64,000 bases of DNA from Chloroflexota bacterium (GTDB taxonomy: Bacteria; Chloroflexota; Dehalococcoidia; Lucifugimonadales; Australimonadaceae), in contig JAQCEV010000001.1 of NCBI GenBank assembly GCA_027618515.1, positions 3,005 through 67,004 on the forward strand, in the 5' to 3' direction. The notes under the pieces were generated by a model, which was not told the DNA's origin, ran no database searches, and saw nothing but the letters and a program-made list of their open reading frames with translations. A program made the translations under genes and the position numbers. Numbering within the stretch: the first letter of the stretch is position 1; each line of letters opens with the position of its first letter. Of the stretch, positions 28,876 through 38,401 are shown in pieces.

Positions 28876-29835
28876 CTACTGGGCGTTGCCTGCCTCTAGC
28901 CACTCAACATAGTCGGCGATGGCCGTCTCGATGGAGTGCTTTGGCGCGTAGCCGAGTTGCTGCATGCGGCTGATGTCGCTGTAGGCGTCAGGCTTGAAGC
29001 GAGGGCTGCGGCCCTCCTGAAACTCGGCTGCGAATCCGGGTTTGACCTTGGCTACGGCGTCGAGGATCTCAGCGTTGGATGTCGCCCTGCCCGACCCGAT
29101 GTTGTAGGTCTGGTGTTCCAGCGTGGGCGCGTTGTGCACGGTGGCGATGCCGCTCGCGATGTCTTTGACGTAGGTGAGATCGCCGGTGTCGCCAGCGAAG
29201 GGTACGCCGCCGAACGCTGGCGAGAAGTCTGGTTCGGTGCCATGGACAGCAGCAGCGACCAGCCTGCTAGGCAGGTTGCGCATGGAGGCGTACATCGGGC
29301 CGTAGACGCCGCTGAGTCGCATGTTGACCAGGTCGATGCCGGATTGCTTGGCGTAGTTGAGGGTGAGTATCTCCCAGGCCTTCTTGAACGCCTCAGGCGA
29401 GATGATCGAGTCGATGGGGAGCGGTCGGTCTTCGCGAAACGGGCCTTGCGGGACGCCGAAGTAGGGCGCGCTGGAACTGGCAAGGCTCACGCGGCGGACG
29501 CCAGCCTCTCGCGAGGCGTCCAGCAGGAGCGACAGCTTGTCCATGTTGATGCGGAGGTCAGCGCCAGCGTCCGGTTGGGCCTGGCCGTGGATCGCCATGT
29601 GGACGATGCCGTCGACCTTGTGCTTGTTGGCCAGGGCGAGCAACGCACCAGGCTCACCGATGTCGGCTTGCTCCCACGTAAGCCCTTTGCCGACGCGTGC
29701 TTCGAGGAAGCTGGGCATACGCCAGGTCTCCCGATAGGTTGCGATGACCTCGACGCCAGCGTCGAGGAAGGCCTCGACGGTGTGCAATCCGATGAATCCC
29801 ATGCCACCGGTGATGAGTACTTTGTTGTTTGGCAT
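28876..29835 (-). CDS. NAD-dependent epimerase/dehydratase family (atypical extended SDR), paralog 2
   Basis: VLITGGMGFIGLHT and PEAFKKAWE; 9 nt downstream of ileS. Confidence 0.9.
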   Translation of the reverse strand: MPNNKVLITGGMGFIGLHTVEAFLDAGVEVIATYRETWRMPSFLEARVGKGLTWEQADIGEPGALLALANKHKVDGIVHMAIHGQAQPDAGADLRINMDKLSLLLDASREAGVRRVSLASSSAPYFGVPQGPFREDRPLPIDSIISPEAFKKAWEILTLNYAKQSGIDLVNMRLSGVYGPMYASMRNLPSRLVAAAVHGTEPDFSPAFGGVPFAGDTGDLTYVKDIASGIATVHNAPTLEHQTYNIGSGRATSNAEILDAVAKVKPGFAAEFQEGRSPRFKPDAYSDISRMQQLGYAPKHSIETAIADYVEWLEAGNAQ

Positions 29836-29844
29836 GATTGGCTC

Positions 29845-32800
29845 CTAGTTCGATTTCACGACGCCAAGGGTGAGCTTGACGCCTTCGATGTCCTGCTCCT
29901 CGGAGTAGGCGTTGGCGGGTGCGGATTCTAGGCGAACGTCATCGCTGAGCGTTTCCTGGCGTAGGTAAGCGTCGTGAGCAGCGAGGGCGCTGGTGACGGA
30001 GTCGGGCGCGCCAAAGATGTACGCGGTGATACGGTCCTCGATCTCCAAGCCTGCGGCCTTGCGGACGTTCTGCAGGCGATGGACGATCTCGCGCGCCATG
30101 CCTTCGGCTTCGAGTTCGGGAGTGAGGTCGGTGTCGAGGCCAACCATGAGGCCGCCTGAACTGTCGATGGAGACGGCGAAACCGTCACGCTCTTCTACGT
30201 CCACGAGGATCTCGGTCTCGTCGAGGGTGAACTCACCAACCGTTACGGTGCCTCCATCACGTAGTGTGGTGGCGACGGCTCCCGCGTCAGCGGCCGCAAG
30301 GGCTGCCCGGATGGCACCGATCTGCTTGCCGTATTTGGGGCCCAGCGCAGGCAGGTTGGGACGCAGCTTGAATGTCGCAAGGGCGTCATCTGTGGCGACC
30401 TCAAGGGCTTTGACGTTGAGCTCCTCCAACACTTGGTCGGAGATGACGGCCAGGTACTGCGCTTCTTCGGGTCGCGCCCGAACGATGACACGCGCTAGGG
30501 GCTGGCGCACTTTGAGCATGCCTTTGCTGCGAGCGGCGCGGCCCAGGCTAGCGATACGCATGGCAAGGCGGATTGCCTTGTCGAGGTCGTCGTCGATCAG
30601 TGAGGCCTCGGACTTGGGGAAGTCAGTGAGGTGAACGCTGTCCGGCGAGTTCTTCGGCGCAAGGTTGCGGTACATGGCGTCGGCCAAGAACGGGGTCATG
30701 GGTGCCATGAGCTTGCTGAGGGTGAACAGGCAGGAGTAGAGCGTGACGTACGCCCAGGTCTTGTCGTCATCACCCGAGTCACCGTCATCACCGCCCAGAG
30801 GACGCCAGTAGCGGCGGCGACCACGACGGACGTACCAGTTGGAGAGTTGGTCGACGAATTCTTCCACGCGACGACCGGCGTCCGTGGGGCTGTAGCTATC
30901 CAGGTCTGAGGTGACGTTGGCTACCAGGTCGTTGAGCTCGGAGATCACCCAGCGGTCAAGTTCGTTAGGCGGAGCGCTGGAGAGCCCAGGGCCGCCGATG
31001 TCACCTGCCCAGTAGTCAGCGTGAGCTTCGGGGTCGAAGCCGTCGATGTTGGCGTAAGTGACGAAGAAGCTGTAGGTGTTCCAGAGCGTGAGCATGAAGC
31101 GTCGAAGGCTCTCGCCAACGAGTTCGGCTGAGAATCGTCGAGGCAACGATGACGGGGCAGACGTGAAGAGATACCAACGCAATGCGTCGGCGCCCTGCTC
31201 GTTCATGACCTCCCACGGGTTCACGACGTTGCCCTTGGACTTGGACATCTTCTCGCCCTTGCCGTCGAGGATGAGGCCGAGGACGATGACGTTCTGGTAG
31301 GAGGGTTGCTTGGCAACGAGAGTGGAGAGGGCGAGCAGGCTGTAGAACCATCCGCGGGTCTGGTCGACAGCCTCGGTGATGTACTGCGCCGGGAAGAGGT
31401 CACTGGCGATCAGCTCGTCGGGGTTGTTGATGGTCACCGGCTTGCCGCCGTTGCCGTTGATGGTGAACGGGTAGGACCACTGGGCGAAGGGCATGGCGCC
31501 GGAGTCGTACCAGGCGTCGGCGACTTCAGGGACACGATGCATGACGCCCCCGCAGTCAGGGCACGTCATCTCGATCTGGTCTACGAACGGTCGATGGAGG
31601 TCGAGGTCAGCAACGAGGTGCTTCGTCTCAGCCGTGGCTAGCTCAGCAAGCTCGGCACTGCCGCCAACACAGCGCGCGCCTTCGCAGTCGTCGCAGCGCC
31701 AGATCGGGATGGGTGTGCCCCAGTAACGTTCGCGGGAGACTGCCCAGTCAACGTTGTTGCGTAGCCACTCACCGAAACGGCCTTCCTTGATGTGGTCCGG
31801 GTACCAGTTGATCCCCCGGTTACCAGCGACCATCTGGTCTTTGACTGCGGTGGTCTGGATGTACCAGGAGGCCTTGGCGTAGTAGAGCAGCGGGGTGCCG
31901 CAACGCCAGCAGAACGGGTACGTGTGCTTGATGATGCCGTCCTTGAAGAGGAGACCATGCTCTTTGAGGTCAGCGGTGATGTCTTTGTCCGCCTGCTTGA
32001 TGAATTTGCCGGTACCAGGAAAATCACCCTGGAGGATGCCGCGCAGATCCACCGTGTGGACGGTGGGGAAGTCGTGCTCTTTGCCGAGTTCGGCGTCCTC
32101 TGCACCATAGGCTGGTGCGGTGTGGACGATGCCCGTGCCCTCGTCAGTGGTGACGTAGTTGGCGGCGAGCACGCGATGGGCGTGGTCAGCGAGTTCTTCG
32201 CCACGGTAGGGAGGCTCGTAGCCGATGCCGAGGAGGTCTGTTCCATCGAACGTGTCCACAGTCGTCCAGCCTTCGCCGAGCACGCGCTTAGCGAGAACCT
32301 CGGCGAGCAGTAGGCGTTCGCCAGGGTCAAGAATCTCGTCTTCCAGTGGGGACTGCATGAGCGCGTAACGCTCTTTGGGGCTCACCGCGAGCGCCATGTT
32401 GGCGGTCAGCGTCCAGGGGGTCGTGGTCCACGCCATGAACGCTGGGCGTGTGGCCATCCACGAGCCGTCCGCGAACCCGAGGCGCTTGAGGACGGAAGCT
32501 GACGCGCCATGCTCGGTGCTCGGCTCTAGGTTGAGGGGGAAACGCACGAACACAGACGGGTCAGGCGTGTCGTCCTTGTAACCAAGGGCGACTTCGTGGG
32601 AACTGAGGCTGGTGACGCATCGTGGGCAGTGGGGCGTTACTTTGTAGCCTTCGTACACGTGGTTGTCGTCCCAGAGGCGCTTGAACACCCACCAGGCAGT
32701 CTCGACGTAGCTCTTATGGTAGGTGACGTAGGCGTTGTCCATATCCAGCCAGACGCCCGCTCGCTCAGTCATGGATTGCCATTCCTGAACGTACCGGAAA

Positions 32801-33198
32801 ACGCTTTCGCGGCAGCGGCGGTTGAACTCTTCGATCCCGAAGACCTCGATCTCGTGCTTGGACTTGAGGCCGAGCTCTTTCTCAATCTCAAGTTCTACAG
32901 GCAGTCCATGGGTGTCCCAGCCGCCTCGACGGAGAGGACGGAAGCCCTGCATGGTCTTGTAGCGCAACAGGATGTCCTTGAACGAACGGGAAAGGACGTG
33001 GTGGATGCCTGGGCTGCCGTTGGCGGTCGGAGGGCCTTCGTAGAAGACGAATAGGGGCGCGTCGGCGCGTACCTCGTCGACCTTGTGGAAGGTATCTTCC
33101 GTCCGCCACTGTTCCAGAACCCGCTCTTCAAGTTGGGGGAAGCTCACCCTACTTGAGATCGGTTCGAATCGCTGTTGCTGGTCCTGCTGCTCCGGCAT
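29845..33198 (-). CDS. ileS: Isoleucine--tRNA ligase (type 2 IleRS)
   Basis: FYEGPPTANGSPGIHH, GWDTHGLPVE, WTTTPWTL, DQTRGWFY and KMSKS motifs; type-2 C-terminus EGMAREIVHRLQ. Confidence 0.98.
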   Translation of the reverse strand: MPEQQDQQQRFEPISSRVSFPQLEERVLEQWRTEDTFHKVDEVRADAPLFVFYEGPPTANGSPGIHHVLSRSFKDILLRYKTMQGFRPLRRGGWDTHGLPVELEIEKELGLKSKHEIEVFGIEEFNRRCRESVFRYVQEWQSMTERAGVWLDMDNAYVTYHKSYVETAWWVFKRLWDDNHVYEGYKVTPHCPRCVTSLSSHEVALGYKDDTPDPSVFVRFPLNLEPSTEHGASASVLKRLGFADGSWMATRPAFMAWTTTPWTLTANMALAVSPKERYALMQSPLEDEILDPGERLLLAEVLAKRVLGEGWTTVDTFDGTDLLGIGYEPPYRGEELADHAHRVLAANYVTTDEGTGIVHTAPAYGAEDAELGKEHDFPTVHTVDLRGILQGDFPGTGKFIKQADKDITADLKEHGLLFKDGIIKHTYPFCWRCGTPLLYYAKASWYIQTTAVKDQMVAGNRGINWYPDHIKEGRFGEWLRNNVDWAVSRERYWGTPIPIWRCDDCEGARCVGGSAELAELATAETKHLVADLDLHRPFVDQIEMTCPDCGGVMHRVPEVADAWYDSGAMPFAQWSYPFTINGNGGKPVTINNPDELIASDLFPAQYITEAVDQTRGWFYSLLALSTLVAKQPSYQNVIVLGLILDGKGEKMSKSKGNVVNPWEVMNEQGADALRWYLFTSAPSSLPRRFSAELVGESLRRFMLTLWNTYSFFVTYANIDGFDPEAHADYWAGDIGGPGLSSAPPNELDRWVISELNDLVANVTSDLDSYSPTDAGRRVEEFVDQLSNWYVRRGRRRYWRPLGGDDGDSGDDDKTWAYVTLYSCLFTLSKLMAPMTPFLADAMYRNLAPKNSPDSVHLTDFPKSEASLIDDDLDKAIRLAMRIASLGRAARSKGMLKVRQPLARVIVRARPEEAQYLAVISDQVLEELNVKALEVATDDALATFKLRPNLPALGPKYGKQIGAIRAALAAADAGAVATTLRDGGTVTVGEFTLDETEILVDVEERDGFAVSIDSSGGLMVGLDTDLTPELEAEGMAREIVHRLQNVRKAAGLEIEDRITAYIFGAPDSVTSALAAHDAYLRQETLSDDVRLESAPANAYSEEQDIEGVKLTLGVVKSN

Positions 33199-33244
33199 CT
33201 TTACCTCAGTTCATGTCCTGTGTCGCACAAAACGGGTCGGGAAA

Positions 33245-33495
33245 TAGAAAAAGCCCGTCCACTTGCTTAGCGGACGGGCGAAAAACCCGCGGTACCACCA
33301 CCATTCCCTGGCGTGCCAGGGCTCTCAAGACCAGGGTAACGGGCGGTGGCCCGGTCAGGCCTACTTCCTTGCGCTTGGCAAGGGTTCGGTTGACGGCTCG
33401 GGAGGGATCTTCGACAGGTGCTACGTACCGGCTTCCACCGTGCCCGGCTCGCTGTTCGCGGCGCTGCTGTCTACTCGTCTCCGTCGTTGCCTTGG
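33245..33495 (-). ncRNA. T-box riboswitch (Ile) with intrinsic terminator upstream of ileS
   Basis: Minus strand: Stem I elements AGCGAGCCGGG...GGTGGAAGCCGG; specifier GAAG-ATC (33406-33408, Ile); T-box TGGTGGTACCGCG (33288-33300); terminator GCCCGTCC...GGACGGGC-TTTTT. Confidence 0.93.
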
Positions 33496-33543
33496 AAACG
33501 ATGGTAGCGGAGGCAGCCAGGAGGGGCAAGCTAGCGGCGGCCC

Positions 33544-34476
33544 CTAATTGCGGCGCGGGCGGCGAGGGCGCTGTCGGCGAGGCGTTGCCTCTGCTGGAAA
33601 GTCCATGATCGTGGCCTCAACGCCCTTCGTTTCGAAGGCATTCACGTCGGCTTCGGGCTGGGGCTCGGCCCAAGCAGGCTCCTGGAACCACGAGTGCCTG
33701 ATCCTGATGAAGACGAAGGCCACGGCAAGCTGTAGGCCCGTGGCGGCAAGCCACACTCCGGCGAGCGAGGCGTAGTTCACGAACGTCAAGGTACCGCTGA
33801 CGATCGGTTCTTCCCATCCTGTGAGGATGCCATGCGCAAACGTCACCAGCAGCAAGCTGAAAACGACGCCGGTGGTCTGGTCATCGGCAGCTTCCACGAG
33901 GCGTCTGGCCAACCAGGCGATAACCACCACTTCAACGGCCGCAATCACGAAGGCGGCGAACGTGAGCAGCTCCGGGTTGTCGATGCCCGTGCCGTCTACG
34001 GCGCCGAACACGGGGAATCTTGTCACCTGAGTAAGAACGAAGAAGGACATGAAAGCGACGCCCCAGCCGAAGCCAGCGCTGGAGACCATGACCGAGACGA
34101 CCAGCGCCATGATGAACATGAGGATGTAGGCGCCCACAACGACGATGGCGCGAGTGAGGTTGCCCTCCGATTCGCCAAGGAAGCCGGTGGTGAGCAGGAA
34201 GATCGCACCTTGCCCTGCTGGTAGCCACGTCATCAGGCCAACGGGGAGGCCTCGACGTACGGCGTAAGCACCGCCAAGGGCGACGACCACCAAGAGGACG
34301 ACTGCCGGAGGCGTGAGGGTGCCAACGATGCCAGGCAGGCCCAGGGATCGCCACGGCCATGAAACGAGGGATGCGGCCAGTAGGAGGGCGAAGGGCGCCC
34401 CAAGCATCAGTTGTAGTCGACTGCGGTCGACTACAAACGAAGGCTTTCCCGGTAGCGCTGGTTGGTCTGAGACCAT
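33544..34476 (-). CDS. Hypothetical polytopic membrane protein (about 9 TM) with a basic tail
   Basis: Multiple hydrophobic helices; ATG at 34476 just after the jag stop. Confidence 0.8.
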   Translation of the reverse strand: MVSDQPALPGKPSFVVDRSRLQLMLGAPFALLLAASLVSWPWRSLGLPGIVGTLTPPAVVLLVVVALGGAYAVRRGLPVGLMTWLPAGQGAIFLLTTGFLGESEGNLTRAIVVVGAYILMFIMALVVSVMVSSAGFGWGVAFMSFFVLTQVTRFPVFGAVDGTGIDNPELLTFAAFVIAAVEVVVIAWLARRLVEAADDQTTGVVFSLLLVTFAHGILTGWEEPIVSGTLTFVNYASLAGVWLAATGLQLAVAFVFIRIRHSWFQEPAWAEPQPEADVNAFETKGVEATIMDFPAEATPRRQRPRRPRRN

Positions 34477-34486
34477 GCCGTACTGC

Positions 34487-35275
34487 CTACTCGCGGTCGT
34501 CGCTGTAGTTGGGGCGGTATTCACTGGGCGTACCACCACCACGGTTGCCACCACGCGGGCTTCCGCTGTTGCCACCACTGCTGCGACGTGGTCCTCGGTC
34601 GCCGCCACCACTTGAGGGGCGCGCTGCTCGCTCGCCGGTTGGGGTGACGACCACGCGTCGCTGGGTGCCTTCGCCTGAGCTCTCGGTGGTCACGCCTTTG
34701 TCTTCGGCGAGGGCCACGTGCACAAGGCGACGGTCTGCGGCAGACATGGCTTCCATCTCCACTGGCTGGCCGGAGCTGATCGCGCGCTCTGCCATACGTT
34801 CAGCGAGCACGCTGACTTGCTGCTCACGGCGATCCCGATACTGCTCGACGTCCACGATGATAGGGCCAGCGTCGTCTTCACGACGGCCAAGGATGATGTT
34901 CGTGACGTACTGAAGCGCACGTAGAGTCTCGCCACGGCGACCGATGATCAACCCGGCGTCCTCGCCTTGGATGTCGATGATGGTGGGGTTGTCAGCGCCC
35001 GTGCCTGAACTCCTGATCGTCGGTGTCGCGTCGACATCCATGGCGTTCAGAAGATCCGTCACGACGCCCAATGCCGCGCTTGCTCCAGCGGTGGAGCCGG
35101 TTATCAGCGATACACGAACCTTGGCGGGTTCAGCCCCGATGCCCAAGATTCCGCTGCGGCCTTGGCTAACGACGTCTACCTCGACCTCGTCGCGGCCTAC
35201 GCCGAGCTCGAGTATCGCTAGCTCTATCGCTTCCTCGACCGTCTTCCCCGTTCGTTCCAGAGGTTGTTTCTCCAT
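34487..35275 (-). CDS. jag: Jag/EloR/KhpB RNA-binding protein
   Basis: GKTVEEAI Jag_N, KH motif IIGRRGETLRALQ, R3H motif RRLVH...ESSGEG.QRRV. Confidence 0.95.
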   Translation of the reverse strand: MEKQPLERTGKTVEEAIELAILELGVGRDEVEVDVVSQGRSGILGIGAEPAKVRVSLITGSTAGASAALGVVTDLLNAMDVDATPTIRSSGTGADNPTIIDIQGEDAGLIIGRRGETLRALQYVTNIILGRREDDAGPIIVDVEQYRDRREQQVSVLAERMAERAISSGQPVEMEAMSAADRRLVHVALAEDKGVTTESSGEGTQRRVVVTPTGERAARPSSGGGDRGPRRSSGGNSGSPRGGNRGGGTPSEYRPNYSDDRE

Positions 35276-36110
35276 CAGCGCCAAGCTCCTTATCCGGCAG
35301 GGCTTCAGTGAGTGTGGGTCCCAGTCTCGAACCGGAGGCCTGCTGCTCAACAGCGGGCACGGATTTCTTGAAACCACCCAGACCATTAATGAAGTATTGC
35401 ATCACTATCCCGATGGAATTAGAGGTCACCCAGTAGAGGACCAATCCAACGGGGAATATCAGACTCAGGAACCCGAAGAATACCGGGAACATGAGTGTCA
35501 TGGTTTTCTGTTGGGCCGCTTGCTTCGGGTCCATGGAAGGTGACTGAGTCATCTTCTGCTGGACGAACATGGTGAGACCAGAGAGGCCGACCAAGAAGAA
35601 CGCGAGAATATTACGGGATTGGGTCGCCTGGACAGCGAGATCCATCCCCAGGAAGCTCCGGTCGACCGGGACAACGGTGTTGAGGACGGGGAGCCAGCCG
35701 TAAAGCTTGCTGGCCAGACCCGCGAGGTTTTCAGGGGTGAACGGCACGACGAAGTTGATGGCCCAGAACAAGCCGATGAAGATAGGCATCTGAACGACCA
35801 TAGGGCCGAGACAGCCGATGGGGTTGAGGCCCATCTCTTTGTACGCCTTCATGATCTCTTGCTGGCGAAGCTGCGGGTTGTTCTTGTGACGGTCGTTGAT
35901 CGCCTTCATGCGAGGACCAAGATCCTGCATCTTGCGGGTCTGACGAACTTGCCGAACGACAAGTTTGTACGTGGCCCCACGAACCAAGATAGTGAATGCG
36001 ATGATGGCCAGCCCGAGGTTGCTGCCTAAAAAGACATACAACATCAGTAGGCTGTTGGTCATCGGTTTGGTGATCGCCTCGTTCCAGACGAGGACGACGA
36101 AATCGAACAT
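35166..36110 (-). CDS. yidC: Membrane protein insertase YidC (short, Gram-positive type)
   Basis: GLAIIAFTILVR, NPIGCLGPMVVQMPIFI and GLVLYWVTSN motifs. Confidence 0.96.
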   Translation of the reverse strand: MFDFVVLVWNEAITKPMTNSLLMLYVFLGSNLGLAIIAFTILVRGATYKLVVRQVRQTRKMQDLGPRMKAINDRHKNNPQLRQQEIMKAYKEMGLNPIGCLGPMVVQMPIFIGLFWAINFVVPFTPENLAGLASKLYGWLPVLNTVVPVDRSFLGMDLAVQATQSRNILAFFLVGLSGLTMFVQQKMTQSPSMDPKQAAQQKTMTLMFPVFFGFLSLIFPVGLVLYWVTSNSIGIVMQYFINGLGGFKKSVPAVEQQASGSRLGPTLTEALPDKELGADGETTSGTNGEDGRGSDRASDTRARRRPRRGRGRRR

Positions 36111-36131
36111 TTCTTCTCGTTCCCCTTTTGC

Positions 36132-37370
36132 CTAGAACCCTTCGACCTTGTATTCCCAGTCCTTCTCGATAATGCCACCGTCGACCACGAATGCAGTGAT
36201 CATTTCCTCTAGCGACCGCACATAGACGGTATTGCCGCTGACCATGAGCGGCGCGCGGACTTTGTCGTCGGCGAGAGCGTAGTCATCGATCCTGATACCG
36301 TCACGATCCAAGAGCGTTACGTCGCCACCATCCGAGCCAACCATGATGTTGCCGTCGACGACCGCAGGCCTGGCGAGGATCTCGTCACGCGAGCCTTCTT
36401 GGTCGTACGTCCACGCAACGGAGTCAGTGTCCGTGTCATAGGCGTAGAGCACGCCGTCGAGGTTCGGTGCGTAGATGCGGTTGCCGTCGGTTGCGGGGGT
36501 GGCCCAGAACCAACTGTCCGCCGTGAAGACTTCCTGCTTGTCTCCGGAGGCCATGTCAATGGCGTACATGATGCCGTCGAATGCGCCGACGTAGAGCGTG
36601 CCGTCGATGGCGACGGGGGCAGCTACGACGCTGGCGCCCAACTCAACGGGGGCGCTCCACACCAGTTCACAGGTTTCGATAGAGACGGCGTGCACGAAGT
36701 GATCAAGGTCGCCGAAGTAGGCGACGCCGTCGACCACGAGCGGTGACGACCACACGCGGCCTACTCCGACTTCCTCCCCTAAGGGGTAACGGCATCGTTC
36801 GATGCGGTTCTGACGTCCGGCGCTGAGTTCCTCAGCCTCTAAGACGTAAAGGCGCCCAAGGTGCGTGTCCTCAGCCGCGGCAACAACGAGTGCGCCATCT
36901 GCGTAAATGACATCGCCGGAGATACCTTTGGCGAGCTTGTTGCCATCGATCTCAAACGAGCCAACGTCGCCGAGGACATCGCCGTCTTCCGAGACGTTGA
37001 GCGAGTAAACGAAGCCTTGGTAGCTACCAACGAAGAGGCGGCCATCCGCGATGGTTGGCGTGCCGTAAAATGCGACGCCAACGCGCTGTTTGTCCCCTCC
37101 CTCTTCGCGCTCCTGGGCGTCGAAGACGTGGCCTTCCCGTGGCTGGATGCCGCCGCGGGAAGTGGGGATAAGCAGGAGTTCAATGACGCGCCCATCGCGA
37201 GTAGCGACGAAGACCGTCTCCGTTTCGGGCTGGGCGACGATACCCGACCAACTCTCGGAGGCACCGATGTTGCGTTGCCCCGCACAGCCCGCCAATATGA
37301 CGGCTGCCACGAGCGACAAAAGCACAACCATGCTTAGCTGGCGGCTGAATCGTGAGCCAGGGCGTTTCAC
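36132..37370 (-). CDS. PQQ-like beta-propeller lipoprotein (BamB-like fold)
   Basis: Lipobox ILAGC; repeated S/TP.V.DG..Y.G..D...YA.D...G...W blades. Confidence 0.88.
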   Translation of the reverse strand: MKRPGSRFSRQLSMVVLLSLVAAVILAGCAGQRNIGASESWSGIVAQPETETVFVATRDGRVIELLLIPTSRGGIQPREGHVFDAQEREEGGDKQRVGVAFYGTPTIADGRLFVGSYQGFVYSLNVSEDGDVLGDVGSFEIDGNKLAKGISGDVIYADGALVVAAAEDTHLGRLYVLEAEELSAGRQNRIERCRYPLGEEVGVGRVWSSPLVVDGVAYFGDLDHFVHAVSIETCELVWSAPVELGASVVAAPVAIDGTLYVGAFDGIMYAIDMASGDKQEVFTADSWFWATPATDGNRIYAPNLDGVLYAYDTDTDSVAWTYDQEGSRDEILARPAVVDGNIMVGSDGGDVTLLDRDGIRIDDYALADDKVRAPLMVSGNTVYVRSLEEMITAFVVDGGIIEKDWEYKVEGF

Positions 37371-37450
37371 TCTAAATAGGTCCTTGTCCCGTCTCCATAT
37401 GAGGCGAGAACAGCGCCCCCGAACTTATCGGGCTGACGCTGGATGATCGT

Positions 37451-37696
37451 CTAATCCACTAATCCATGGGCATGCGACCCGGTTCCAGGAACCGGGTCAT
37501 ATCCTTCACCACCCCAAGGCTGGCAGCGGCCCAGCCGCTTCACAGCGAGCCATCCACCCTTGAGCAATCCGTGAGTCTCTATCGCTTCCTGCGCGTAGTG
37601 CGAGCAGGTAGGCGAGTAGCGACAGGCACCTGGCCAGTAGGGTGACAGCGCGTGCTGATAAAATCCGATCAACCGGATCGCCACACCACGCATCAC
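37451..37696 (-). CDS. yidD: Membrane protein insertion efficiency factor YidD
   Basis: [11 protein letters not shown]...[17 protein letters not shown]. Confidence 0.96.
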   Translation of the reverse strand: MMRGVAIRLIGFYQHALSPYWPGACRYSPTCSHYAQEAIETHGLLKGGWLAVKRLGRCQPWGGEGYDPVPGTGSHAHGLVD

Positions 37697-38064
37697 TCAC
37701 CACCCTCCCCGGCGCCGGGCTTTCCCAACAGATCTAGTCGACGCTCGAGATCCAATACAACATTGCGGATCGTTTGAAAATCCGCATCAAGGATCGGTTT
37801 GCGAGCAATCAACAACTGATCCCACCCCTCTCGGACTGGGGCCCGCCTAACGATCTCTCGCAGACGGCGCCTCACCCGATTCCTATCCACCGCATTCATG
37901 GACACACGCTTACTGACTACGAACCCGAAGCGAGTGTAGTCAAGAGCGTTTGGTACCGCGCGCAGCACTAATAGTGGATGGGCTCGGGATGTGCCGCGCT
38001 GGCGGAGTGTCAGGAAGTCGCTCTTGCGACGAAGTCGCTGGTCTCGGTCTAAAGACTGGCGGAT
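37693..38064 (-). CDS. rnpA: Ribonuclease P protein component (start non-canonical or frameshifted)
   Basis: [10 protein letters not shown]...[16 protein letters not shown] motif. The frame extends upstream of the called start through [10 protein letters not shown] to ATC at 38064. Confidence 0.92.
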   Translation of the reverse strand: MRQSLDRDQRLRRKSDFLTLRQRGTSRAHPLLVLRAVPNALDYTRFGFVVSKRVSMNAVDRNRVRRRLREIVRRAPVREGWDQLLIARKPILDADFQTIRNVVLDLERRLDLLGKPGAGEGGE

Positions 38065-38111
38065 ACGTCCCTCATCGGGTTGGCACCGGTTAGCACTATC
38101 CTAGCTAGAAG

Positions 38112-38249
38112 CTAGGCGGCTAGCTGGTGCCGTCCTTTGAATCGCCGGGAGGCGATCACTCTCCGCCCGCCTGGCGATGCCATGCGGTGCATGAATCCGT
38201 GCCGGCGTTGCCGACGGCGTTTCTTGGGTTGCCACGTTCGTTTCGACAC
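38112..38249 (-). CDS. rpmH: 50S ribosomal protein L34
   Basis: [21 protein letters not shown]...[13 protein letters not shown]. Confidence 0.97.
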   Translation of the reverse strand: MSKRTWQPKKRRRQRRHGFMHRMASPGGRRVIASRRFKGRHQLAA

Positions 38250-38288
38250 AGGCCTCATCCCCTCGTTTGGGCGATTGCCCAGGTGCGA

Positions 38289-38318
38289 ATTATACTTACC
38301 CCACGAGTAGGGTGTCAA
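38289..38318 (-). promoter_or_regulatory. Consensus sigma70 promoter of the rpmH operon
   Basis: TTGACA-N18-TATAAT on the minus strand. Confidence 0.85.
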
Positions 38319-38401
38319 ACGAGCACACCCTAGTATCAGACCACTCCCGCCTTCAACTCACATGCCCGCAAAACGCTTCTTTGAGCGCGGGGAGATTCGT
38401 T

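Noticed and set aside
33206-33608. Short ORFs upstream of ileS (leader peptide or small genes)
   Set aside because: The region is fully explained by the T-box riboswitch.
38250-38400. oriC next to rpmH
   Set aside because: The divergent gene is tlyA, not dnaA, and no TTATCCACA-type boxes or AT-rich unwinding element are visible.
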